Shown: piece after piece, positions 32,540-41,488 of the stretch
Layout of the letters: each line of letters opens with the position of its first letter
Position numbering within the stretch: position 1 is the first letter of the stretch
Notes under the pieces: generated by a model
The model's input: the letters and a program-made list of their open reading frames with translations, nothing else
The model's database searches: none
What the model was told of the DNA's origin: nothing
Made by a program: the position numbers and the translations under genes
Assembly (NCBI GenBank): GCA_964291315.2
Contig: OZ219750.1
Location: forward strand, 416,001-480,000
Direction of reading: 5' to 3'
Length of the DNA stretch: 64,000 nt
From: Candidatus Poribacteria bacterium
GTDB lineage: Bacteria > Poribacteria > WGA-4E > WGA-3G

Positions 32540-33367
32540 TTACTCGCCGTAGTAGTCAAAGTGGTTTTTTGGCGTTTCCCGTAAGCGAAGGCGGTATAAA
32601 ACCACAGGGTGCAAATTCGGTTCTAGTACATGCCATAGCACTTTGACGAAGTTCTCTGAAGTAGGATTAAGTTTTTCAAATTCAGGTGTATCGAAGTTCA
32701 GGTGTTTGTAGTCGAATCGCGCGTAAACCTGTTTCTGAACGACTTCATCGAGAAAATCCAACCGTGCAACCAATCCGGTTCTTGGATCTACTTTACCTTT
32801 CACGGTAACTTCAAGGACGTAGTTATGTCCGTGTCCGAACGGATTGTTACACTTTCCGAAGATATCTAGATTTTCCTCGTCGCTGAGAACGTGGCTGTGC
32901 AAGCGGTGGGCAGAACTGAATTCGTAGACTTTGGTAAGGTAAACCATCTTTCCTTCTCCATAATAATCGGCAAAATTCGTTGTCCTTTCGTAGAGGCGCA
33001 CGCGGTGTAACATTCCACTTGGCAGAGAAGGTACAAGCTGTTGCCAAATCTCGATAGCAATATTTTCACATGTTGGTTGAACATGCGGGTTTCCTGCAAA
33101 AAACGGATGTTGGCAGTTCAGATGCTTATGATCGTACTTAGGAAGTACTTCTGTTTTTAACAGGGCATCCAACGTCACGAGATTGATAACTATTCCGTCG
33201 TCAACGTCTACAGTGCCTTTCACCATAACTTCAAGAATGTAATTATGTCCGTGGCCATTGGGATTCGTGGCGGCCCCGAATAACTTGAGGTTCTCGGTGT
33301 TGCTTAATTCGGGGATTCGATTATAATGGGATGCTTCAAATGCCGTCTGTCGGGTTAAGTAATACAT
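32540..33367 (-). CDS. Tandem-domain 6-pyruvoyl-tetrahydropterin synthase (PTPS/QueD family)
   Basis: Two PTPS domains: NPNGHGHNY..DHKHLN..PTCENIA and CNNPFGHGHNY..DYKHLN..PTSENF. Confidence 0.92.
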   Translation of the reverse strand: MYYLTRQTAFEASHYNRIPELSNTENLKLFGAATNPNGHGHNYILEVMVKGTVDVDDGIVINLVTLDALLKTEVLPKYDHKHLNCQHPFFAGNPHVQPTCENIAIEIWQQLVPSLPSGMLHRVRLYERTTNFADYYGEGKMVYLTKVYEFSSAHRLHSHVLSDEENLDIFGKCNNPFGHGHNYVLEVTVKGKVDPRTGLVARLDFLDEVVQKQVYARFDYKHLNFDTPEFEKLNPTSENFVKVLWHVLEPNLHPVVLYRLRLRETPKNHFDYYGE

Positions 33368-33402
33368 GAGTCTTTACGTCGCTACGGTATATGTTTGGAA
33401 AT

Positions 33403-33696
33403 TTATAGGGCAACCCGAGGTGGAACGACAAGTTCATCATCTACTGACTCGTATTGGACTGCCATGATCCATTCACCGGTTCCTCTAAGGTGGACGTTAC
33501 ACTTTTTAAGCCATTCAACTAAGGTAATGCGGTCGCGCGCCTCCCATTCGCAAACCATCCGTCCTGACAACGTATCGCACAGGATTCGGGTATTGCTCAC
33601 CTCGGTGTTTTCGTTCTCTCTGAAACGATTCAGCAAGCGAGCAACATCTTGTCGGGTCATACAAGCAATGATATGTACAGAAACGAATTTAGACAT
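33403..33696 (-). CDS. Hypothetical protein (possibly DUF4242-like)
   Basis: 97 aa ORF in line with neighbours; GRMVCEWEA motif; family assignment tentative. Confidence 0.6.
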   Translation of the reverse strand: MSKFVSVHIIACMTRQDVARLLNRFRENENTEVSNTRILCDTLSGRMVCEWEARDRITLVEWLKKCNVHLRGTGEWIMAVQYESVDDELVVPPRVAL

Positions 33697-33708
33697 TGTT
33701 TTATAGAT

Positions 33709-33800
33709 AGCAGCTGTTGGCCTTCAGTCGTCAGAGCGGAAGGTTCAGATATCGCGAGCTCCGTTTACTGATGACTGACTGCCAAAAACTGACAACTGTT
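33709..33800. repeat. Heptamer-periodic imperfect inverted repeat
   Basis: CTGTTGG CCTTCAG TCGTCAG ... CTGATGA CTGACTG CCAAAAA CTGACAA. Confidence 0.65.
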
Positions 33801-33803
33801 CGT

Positions 33804-34652
33804 TTAGTCGCGAGCGATAGGGGATCCGACAAGATTACCCCATTCTGTCCAACTACCATCGTAGTTGCGGACCTTTTCATAGCCTAGTAGGTACTTCAAC
33901 ACGAACCATGTATGTGATGAACGTTCGCCGATACGACAGTAGGCGATTGTTTCTTTGTTTTCGTCAACACCTGCGCCGCCGTATATCGCTTGCAGTTCGT
34001 CGTGAGACTTAAAGGTGCCGTCTTCAGCCACTGCTGTCGCCCACGGAATATTTGCGGCACCGGGGATATGTCCTCCGCGCTGCGCAGTTTCGCTCATGCC
34101 AGGTGGAGCAATGACTTCCCCTGAAAATTCAGCAGGTGAACGGACATCAACGAGGTTAATGATGTCTTGTTGAAGTGTGGGGAGAATGTTGTCTTTTGTT
34201 GCGCGGACATTGTCATCGGGAAATCTCGCTTGATATCCTGTGCTGGAATAGTTAGGAACGTCCGTGACAAGTGCTCTGCCTTCATCAATCCATTTCTGAC
34301 GCCCGCCATTCATCACCTTGAGTTTGTGTTCGGCGTGTCCGTAGTAGCGGAATTGCCATAAAGCATACGTGGCAAACCAGTTGTTATTATCTCCGTAGAA
34401 GATAACCGTTGTCTCGTTAGCGATACCACTGTCATTGCAGAGCGTCTCAAATTGTTCTTTGGTGAGGATGTCGCGTCGAATTTGGTCACACAATTGCGTT
34501 TGCCAATTGAGTCCGACTGCGCCAGTGATATGTCCTTCAGCATAAGCTGAAGTGTCAACATCAACTTCCAACAATCGGATGCCATCATCACTACCGTGGG
34601 CAGCTACCCATTCCGTACTCACTAAAACATCAGGATTTGCGTAATCAGCCAT
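33804..34652 (-). CDS. Two-domain sulfurtransferase (rhodanese, CysA/SseA-like)
   Basis: LVSTEWV, GHITGAV, DVRSPAEF, GHIPGA, YCRIGERS, YDGSWTEWG. Confidence 0.95.
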   Translation of the reverse strand: MADYANPDVLVSTEWVAAHGSDDGIRLLEVDVDTSAYAEGHITGAVGLNWQTQLCDQIRRDILTKEQFETLCNDSGIANETTVIFYGDNNNWFATYALWQFRYYGHAEHKLKVMNGGRQKWIDEGRALVTDVPNYSSTGYQARFPDDNVRATKDNILPTLQQDIINLVDVRSPAEFSGEVIAPPGMSETAQRGGHIPGAANIPWATAVAEDGTFKSHDELQAIYGGAGVDENKETIAYCRIGERSSHTWFVLKYLLGYEKVRNYDGSWTEWGNLVGSPIARD

Positions 34653-34719
34653 TTCTATGTTAAGCCTCCATATTTATTTTTTTAGAGCTTTATTAATACC
34701 GGGCTTTGACATCCTCTGC

Positions 34720-34865
34720 CGAGCGAAATCTGGTCAGATTCCGCTGTGAATCGTGTTAATATTGCTTCGCTTGCGCGAAGGTTTCCAACTGAGGCACCCG
34801 TAGTCGTTGACCTCTGGAGGCTGCCATGGACCCCGCTACTAGGATCGTATCTCCCAGATACTTTC
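34720..34865 (-). ncRNA. Candidate SAM-clan (SAM-IV or SAM-I/IV-like) riboswitch in the sulfurtransferase leader
   Basis: GGCAGCC..GGGUGCC P3-like pair, followed by GGAAACC, a GCAA-tetraloop hairpin and GCAA; lies between a promoter and a sulfur-metabolism gene. Confidence 0.45.
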
Positions 34866-34880
34866 TGTAAATATTCATCT

Positions 34881-34909
34881 ATGCTAATACATTTCAAAGA
34901 AAAAAGCAA
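34881..34909 (-). promoter_or_regulatory. Sigma70-type promoter upstream of the sulfurtransferase leader
   Basis: TTGCTT-17 nt-TAGCAT on the minus strand. Confidence 0.5.
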
Positions 34910-35560
34910 GTGAATCAGACCAGGTGGCCTGCATCTGCCATCGTAAGATCGGCAGTTTAGGCAGGAAAATATGATAAATTATGTTCTGATAAACCAATTC
35001 TTTATTACATTATACATTTCAAGGTGCAAATTGTCAAATAGAAATGTGATTTTGATACTACCTTGTCTATTTTTGAAGAATTTGTTTAAGTTTCTCGAAA
35101 AAAGAAAAGCCGCGTCTAGAGATTGACGCGGCCTATTTTTTCCAGATAGTCCTTTGTTATTCATTACAACTGACCAGCAACATTTGATGTTGTTTTCGGC
35201 CTGTTATCTATGTCCACATCCGGGATCTGTGGAGATATAATTGCTGTAATCCGAGATGCTCCAGTCGGATGTAGTGGGTATCTTGTGTTTTAATTTATTT
35301 AATGAGATTGCGATGTATCCGACAACGCCTCCAAGGCCGACGTGTACGACAAGCGACACCATCCATGCAAGAGGCAGGCATACGGCGCTGTTTCATGCTA
35401 TGCACCTCCTATGGCTTCAAGAGTTGATACTTCATGTTTGTTCAATACCTTTGCCAAAAATCGGGGCCCGAGTTGCATATGGAAAAAACTTCTCTGAAGA
35501 CACGTCAGCTAATAGAACTGACAATTCAACTGCAAGTTTCTCTGACGTTTTATCTTGAAC

Positions 35561-36311
35561 TCACGTTATACTATTACGCGATAAGAGACTGGTTAAAGAG
35601 GCATACTCACTGTCTGGATACAGTTCGGTAATGACAGTGCCTCCTTTACGTTTGAACAGTTTGTATGCTTTTGCATTCGGAGTATAGGCGAGCACTCACA
35701 ACGCTCCCCAACAATTTCAATTGCAGCGTTGTTGTCGCAGGCAATTCCGATGCCACCGCGTTTTGTGATCAGCTGCGAGAAATTGGATTCCCGTTTCTGA
35801 CTGTGATAATAGGGGCAGTACACAGCATTGATAAGTCCTAATCCGCTGACTCGAATATAATTCCATTCTGCGCTCGAAAAATAACGGGAGTCGCTGCGCC
35901 CGTATCTGAACCAGCAAATTGCCCCCGCGCTGAGACCTGACAAGACGGTCCCTCGTGATGCTGCCTCTGCTAACACAGTATCCAATCCGAACCTCCGCCA
36001 TATTTTCATCATCTTGTAGGTGTTTCCGCCACCAACATAAATCAAATCTGAATCCAGTACTAGCTCTGACATTTCATCGAAGATAGGAGGTTTCTTAGGT
36101 TGAGGGTGCGTGTGTGGCATCCCAAGTATTTACCGTAACACGCCTTAAAGGTCTCCATGTATTCCATAGCATCACCACTTGCGGTTGGAATAAAGAGCTC
36201 TTGTGGTAGTGTTTTGCCTGTTAATGCAACAATTTGTTTGTCGATCTCAAGGGTTTCTAGGTCCTTAAGCTCTCCACCGCCGATAGCGACAATCTTTCGC
36301 GTCGTTTTCAT
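35561..36311 (-). pseudogene. Peptidase E (S51) family gene, frameshifted
   Basis: IVAIGGGE..FIPTASGD in one frame; IYVGGGNT, GLSAGAICW in another; a second shift near VGER. Confidence 0.85.
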
Positions 36312-36338
36312 CAAATTCTCTCTGGTGCAATTTAAGGG

Positions 36339-38795
36339 TTACGCCTCGAACCAATAGCGACATTTAATCAGAAAGATATTCTTCCCCGGATCCGTAAAAC
36401 TGCTTCGTAAGCGGTTCACAGGACGAAATTCAAGGTCATCTGCTCCTACATCTTCTAACTCGATTTCACGTGCCTGAGACCAAACCAAAAACAGCGTACT
36501 TCCCGGGCGAAATTCCCAACGAAGAACAGTGTTGCCCCTTAAAGACCGTAGATGGAAATCAGGATTTCGCTTCAGCGGATATGGCTTGAACTGATAAGAC
36601 CTCGGTTCTACCAATTCTTTGAAGTTCGTATAGTCGCCGATAGTAATGAAGGGCTGCACGTAGAATTGGAGACTCAGCGTTGGGGTGAAACTAATGTTTG
36701 CTCGTGTGGTGAAATCAAGCGTTTGACTCGTTAATTCTCCATAAATGTAGTGGTTTTTAATATGTCCGTTGATGTTTTCTTCAACTAACTCGACCCATTG
36801 TGCGTCGTAAATATGGTAGCGGTACATCGGTCCAATACTTAATTCAATATTCGACACAGGCCGGATGTTCAAGCGGAGGCTTACTACTTTCTCAGAACTT
36901 TTGTTATCGTCGTCCCAGGCGAAAATTGGATTCAGTTCAAGCTGAATCATTTTACGACTATCGGTTCTAAGTTGGGTAAAAATCCACCAACCTGCGGGAT
37001 TTTTAATCAGTATTCCGCCGCGTCGGACATCTTCGTCGTTAAACGACTCCAAATTTCGCCCGACCCATAGGTCATATTCCCAATAATTTTTCAGTTTGCC
37101 ATCTGTCCATATTTCAGAGTAGCGGCCGATGCTAGTGCCATCATAATTCCATTCTCGCCAGCCGTAAAGCCCAAAAGTGGCTTCTCGAAAGATGATGAAC
37201 GGCTGCTCTTTCTTGATGATGAAGTCGTAGAACCATCGCATCATATCGCTGCGGCGCGTATACCCCATGTCATTTGCATCGAAGTCTGGGGAGCGAACGT
37301 TAAAATTGGTATCAAGTCGCCACCATCCGCCCTGTTTACCAAATTTGAGGTGGGCAAAGTAGCCTGACTTACGTGCCTCAAGTTTTCCTGTTTGGCTTGC
37401 TGCTATTATGCCGCTGATTGTATATCGTTCCTTCGCAAATCTCAAGTCCAAGTCAAGTCCATTGACGTACGCGGGGTTGGAAGTTTGTCTATTCACTGCT
37501 GTCATCATCAGTCCGATGTGAGAATTCCGTTCCAATATGTCTTGTGTTACTCGCCCTACAAAGTAATGGGTCAACGGTTCAATGAGATAGTCTCGGGTTT
37601 CGCCATTTTCCTTAATCTGTGAATATTCCGGTGCGGTGAGAGCTTGCATAATACCGAAGGAAGTGTTGGTGTTGGTTCTTCCAACAATTTTGGTAGCCCC
37701 CAAGATTGTTGTTGTTTCCGGGCGCGTTACTTCAGTAGCGCCTTCTGGCATTTCAAAATGCCCGGGTTGCTGTCCGATCCGTCTTGAATAAAAGAATTGA
37801 TTTTGCCCATCTCCGAGGTTAAAAATAGATGCTCCTTTGACAAAGAAGGGTCGCCGTTCCTCAAAGAATTCTTCGTAGGCGGAGAGGTTCAGGGCAGCAG
37901 GATCTGTTTCTACTTGTCCAAAGTCAGGGCTGATTGTGGCGTTGAGCGTGATGCCAGAAGTAATCCCGTATTGGACATCGCCTCCGATATTTTTCCACAA
38001 GTCAGTCTTGCTGTTCAAGGTTGTTTTGCCCATTGCATAGGGTATTATTTCCAGATGACGGGAGAGACGAATGTTTTCAATCCCTATCAAGTCACCGAAG
38101 TGTGGTAGCCAACCCGGGGTGCCTTTCTTAATTAATCGCCAGTGGGAACGCTCTTTTCTACGGCTGATTTCCCGTTCTACCTGCAGTCCCCAAGTATATT
38201 TATCTTTCGGTGAGAAGCGGAACATATAAAACGGGATTTTACACTCTATTGCCCACCCATTTTTGTGAATCCGGGTTTTTGCTTCCCACACGCCATCCCA
38301 TGCACCGTTCCAACCATCTGTCCCGCCACCTTCGATAATACCATCTATTACCGAGCCAGAAGGATAAATCGTGAACGAGAAGCCGCGCTGCCGATTATAG
38401 TGTGGGTCAAGGATAATCTGAACTTTATCGGATTCAACGTAATCATCCCGTCTGACGAGGCGGGAGACTATTTTGTCAGGTTCGCTGTCATAACACATGA
38501 TAGCAAAATAGACCGCCTCATCATCATAACCAACTTGAAATGTGGTGCGTTGGGAAGCGGGCTCGCCTTGATCGGGATCGCGTTGACGGAAACCTTCATG
38601 AAGCGGGGCGGTTTGCCAAATGTGGTCATCTAAAACGCCGTCTAATTGTGGTGGTGTGTCGATAATGCGGACGGCTGTCGCGATTCTGTGGGCAGGCGAT
38701 GTTTCTGTGTTAGCTTTTACTCTCCTTGCAAGGTGTAACACAAAAAAAGCAGCTAGCAATACTACAGCTCTCCAAAACACTGATTTTGTTTCCAC
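36339..38795 (-). CDS. CBM9-like / DUF5916 outer-membrane protein
   Basis: PQLDGVLDD..W, GWAIECKIPF, ATISPDFGQVETD, FFEERRPFF, FFYSRRIG, VLRWEFRPGSTLFLVW. Confidence 0.85.
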   Translation of the reverse strand: METKSVFWRAVVLLAAFFVLHLARRVKANTETSPAHRIATAVRIIDTPPQLDGVLDDHIWQTAPLHEGFRQRDPDQGEPASQRTTFQVGYDDEAVYFAIMCYDSEPDKIVSRLVRRDDYVESDKVQIILDPHYNRQRGFSFTIYPSGSVIDGIIEGGGTDGWNGAWDGVWEAKTRIHKNGWAIECKIPFYMFRFSPKDKYTWGLQVEREISRRKERSHWRLIKKGTPGWLPHFGDLIGIENIRLSRHLEIIPYAMGKTTLNSKTDLWKNIGGDVQYGITSGITLNATISPDFGQVETDPAALNLSAYEEFFEERRPFFVKGASIFNLGDGQNQFFYSRRIGQQPGHFEMPEGATEVTRPETTTILGATKIVGRTNTNTSFGIMQALTAPEYSQIKENGETRDYLIEPLTHYFVGRVTQDILERNSHIGLMMTAVNRQTSNPAYVNGLDLDLRFAKERYTISGIIAASQTGKLEARKSGYFAHLKFGKQGGWWRLDTNFNVRSPDFDANDMGYTRRSDMMRWFYDFIIKKEQPFIIFREATFGLYGWREWNYDGTSIGRYSEIWTDGKLKNYWEYDLWVGRNLESFNDEDVRRGGILIKNPAGWWIFTQLRTDSRKMIQLELNPIFAWDDDNKSSEKVVSLRLNIRPVSNIELSIGPMYRYHIYDAQWVELVEENINGHIKNHYIYGELTSQTLDFTTRANISFTPTLSLQFYVQPFITIGDYTNFKELVEPRSYQFKPYPLKRNPDFHLRSLRGNTVLRWEFRPGSTLFLVWSQAREIELEDVGADDLEFRPVNRLRSSFTDPGKNIFLIKCRYWFEA

Positions 38796-38878
38796 TTGTT
38801 TTCCCTCGGTTTTCTATAGATATATTTACCTACCTATTGAAACCTGATTCGGCCGAAAAACTTCAGAATTCTTGAGGA

Positions 38879-39346
38879 TTAATCAGAAACATCTGCACCA
38901 CATTGTGGACAGGTATTTTTCCAAGTTGAACGTTTGCCTTCGCCACACACATCACAGACCCCGAATGGAAATTCATCTGGTTTTGCGCGACTCCCGCCTT
39001 TCTTATAGGTGATGATGCGCCATACCGTCTCGCCATCGTTTTCATAGCAGAGCCAGATTCCCTCTTTTCTTCCATCAGCGGAGCCTCCATCATGTTTTCG
39101 ATAGGGACCACCCCATTTACGATTGCCGTTCTCATAGTATGCCATATAATTGCCTTCGTTTTTGCCATTGCGGAAAAAGCCTTCGCTTGCCTTTTTCCCA
39201 TTTTTATGGTACTGTATCCAAAGTCCTTCTTTTTTCCCTTCAATGTAATGTCCTTCACTCCGCTTAAAACCGTTGGCGTAGTAGGTAACCCAATAGCCGT
39301 GTTTCTTGCCATTGACTATTTCGCCATCTGTCAGTGATTTTGCCAT
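38879..39346 (-). CDS. MORN-variant repeat protein (YwqK antitoxin-like) with C-terminal zinc ribbon
   Basis: Repeats GKKHGYWVTYYANG, GKKEGLWIQYHKNG, GKNEGNYMAYYENG; CDVC..CPQC; start moved to MAKSL. Confidence 0.8.
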   Translation of the reverse strand: MAKSLTDGEIVNGKKHGYWVTYYANGFKRSEGHYIEGKKEGLWIQYHKNGKKASEGFFRNGKNEGNYMAYYENGNRKWGGPYRKHDGGSADGRKEGIWLCYENDGETVWRIITYKKGGSRAKPDEFPFGVCDVCGEGKRSTWKNTCPQCGADVSD

Positions 39347-39606
39347 AGTTAGATTTATGGGACGCGAACATCCAATATAGGCTTGCAAGAGGTGTCTTGA
39401 TGATGCGTCCTGATTACCTCCGATTGGTTTTAATATAAGTTTCATATACTGATCACTCTTACCGTTTTATGTGTCTTGATGTTGTTGTAGGACTCTCATT
39501 CCTTTTTCAAACTATGCATCCAGTTTGTTACCGCGCTCTGGACAAAAGGTGCCTTACTTCCGACCAGAAACGAGCTTCATGATCTGCTTGTTATCGGACA
39601 TCGCAC

Positions 39607-40125
39607 TTATAAAACTTCATTAAGATATGTTTCAATTTTCTCTAATGTTTTTTTGCCGATGCCGCGGAAGTCTTTAAGCTTTCCATCGTCAATTGCCGCT
39701 CGGAGGGAAACAAGACTATCCACGCCGAGTTCTTCATAGAGTCGTTTAATTGTTTTTGCTCCAAGTCCGTGTATAGGCACAAGTTCTAGAACGGTTCGTG
39801 GGGTATCCCCGGCGAACTCCTCCAGTTTCGTACTTGTGCCGGTATTCACGAATTCCTCAATAAGTTTTGCAATGACTTCTCCCGCCCCCGGAATCTCTTC
39901 TATCAATCGGCCTTGAGCTATTAGAGTCGACATCGGTTCAGGAAAGCGGGATATATAATGTGCTAGCCACGGATATCGCGAGGCGTGGTCTTCTGGGTAG
40001 CCTGCAATGATCAAGAAAGTGTGAAGTTCCAAGAATCTGAGTGAGATGATGTCATTTTCCGGCCAGCGTGTCCGTCCTTTTGCGTCAATATAAGGCCCGT
40101 CTTCTAATTTTTTCTTTTCATGCAT
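39607..40125 (-). CDS. Helix-hairpin-helix protein resembling the N-terminal part of DNA polymerase X
   Basis: EEIPGAGEVIAKLIEEF..TG, IHGLGAKTIKRLYEELGVDSL, GIGKKT. Confidence 0.75.
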   Translation of the reverse strand: MHEKKKLEDGPYIDAKGRTRWPENDIISLRFLELHTFLIIAGYPEDHASRYPWLAHYISRFPEPMSTLIAQGRLIEEIPGAGEVIAKLIEEFVNTGTSTKLEEFAGDTPRTVLELVPIHGLGAKTIKRLYEELGVDSLVSLRAAIDDGKLKDFRGIGKKTLEKIETYLNEVL

Positions 40126-40189
40126 CGTTCATGCCCCCAGTTTAAAAAAGACACGGTAAAGAGGGGCAAATGTCCCCCCTCTCGTCATC

Positions 40190-41467
40190 CTAAATTTTTC
40201 CCTCCGTGCCATTGATATATCCCGTGAGAAAGTTCGCAACAACTTTTTTCTTCGCTTTCCGAGCATAGTCAAGTGGGGTATTGCCATCCGCGTCATGGGC
40301 GCGTATGTTACCTCCGTATTTTATAAGTAGCTGCACCTGATTTTTTCCAAACCCTTTTTGTGCGATAATATGTATCGGGTTACGTCCCTTATCATCGCTT
40401 ACATTCGGATCAGCGCCGTTTTCTAAAAGACATGAAATGCCCTGCGTCAGACCGCGTTTTGCCAACCAATGCAAAGGTGTCCACAGGCCATGCCGGTGTT
40501 TCTGACGAGCGTTAATATCCAAACCGTTTTCGAGAAACATCTTTACGAGTCTGTCCATATTGCGTGGTCCCTGTCCGGCGATCATGTACCATTCCCTGAG
40601 TTTAATTTGGTAACCGCATTCTATGAGCATCTCCACTATTGCTGGCTGCTTTGCTTGTAAGGCGACCTCAAGCAGCGGCATACTCGGTCCCACTTTATAG
40701 ACGTAGACGTGCCCACCGGGTACCTCACCAATCCGTTTGGCGTGATGATGGGGCCACCGCAGCGGTGCCACGGTGTAGCCTTCAGGAGCTTTGCCATCTA
40801 TTCGTAAGTCGAGAAGTTCAGGGGTGTCTTGCAGCGTCGCTTTCGCGCGAGCAACGTCCCCGACGACACAGTAGATAACAATATCAGCCTCAGCCCCGCG
40901 TTCAAGGAGATACTGACAGACTTCGGGGCGATTCACTAGTGTCCACTGCACAGGGGTACCATTATGGTCGAGGTCTCGAAGGTTTCTATCTGCTCCGTGT
41001 TCAAGCAGCAGTTCAGCGATTCGCGGGGTTGCAGCGAAATGGAGCGGTGACATACCATCCGTAGCAGTTGTGTTAATGACTTCGGGGTTCTCGCGTATCA
41101 ATTCAGCAAGAGTTTTATACATATCTAGACCAGCTGCTGCGTGTGCATCGATTGTTGCACCTTGTTCAATCAGGTATTCAGCAAGTTCTCTATTGTAATT
41201 TAGCATGGAGCCTGCGGTGTGCTGTAGTGCCGAGGTGCCGCCGGCCCACCAGCTGCTTTTGACATCAATATCCGCTCCAGCATCGAGGAGAACGTCAATG
41301 AGTTCACGGTTGCCGGATGCCGCTGCAAACACAATTGCGGGGGCATCGAAACTGAACCAGGGTGTATCGATTTGTGAGGTGAGTTTCTGGTTGCTTGTTA
41401 ATAGGTTTTTGACTGCTTGTGCGTCGCCATTTTCGACTGCTGTGATAAACGTGTGTTTACTTGTCAT
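40190..41467 (-). CDS. Ankyrin repeat protein
   Basis: LLDAGAD, SPLHFAA..LLEHGAD, TPLHWLA..LLENGADPN, TPLDYA. Confidence 0.9.
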   Translation of the reverse strand: MTSKHTFITAVENGDAQAVKNLLTSNQKLTSQIDTPWFSFDAPAIVFAAASGNRELIDVLLDAGADIDVKSSWWAGGTSALQHTAGSMLNYNRELAEYLIEQGATIDAHAAAGLDMYKTLAELIRENPEVINTTATDGMSPLHFAATPRIAELLLEHGADRNLRDLDHNGTPVQWTLVNRPEVCQYLLERGAEADIVIYCVVGDVARAKATLQDTPELLDLRIDGKAPEGYTVAPLRWPHHHAKRIGEVPGGHVYVYKVGPSMPLLEVALQAKQPAIVEMLIECGYQIKLREWYMIAGQGPRNMDRLVKMFLENGLDINARQKHRHGLWTPLHWLAKRGLTQGISCLLENGADPNVSDDKGRNPIHIIAQKGFGKNQVQLLIKYGGNIRAHDADGNTPLDYARKAKKKVVANFLTGYINGTEGKI

Positions 41468-41488
41468 AGGATCTTCCTGTAGGTGTTT

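Noticed and set aside
35561-36311. Programmed frameshift in the peptidase E gene
   Set aside because: There are at least two independent frame breaks, and the expected catalytic His region reads CPYY, so decay is more likely.
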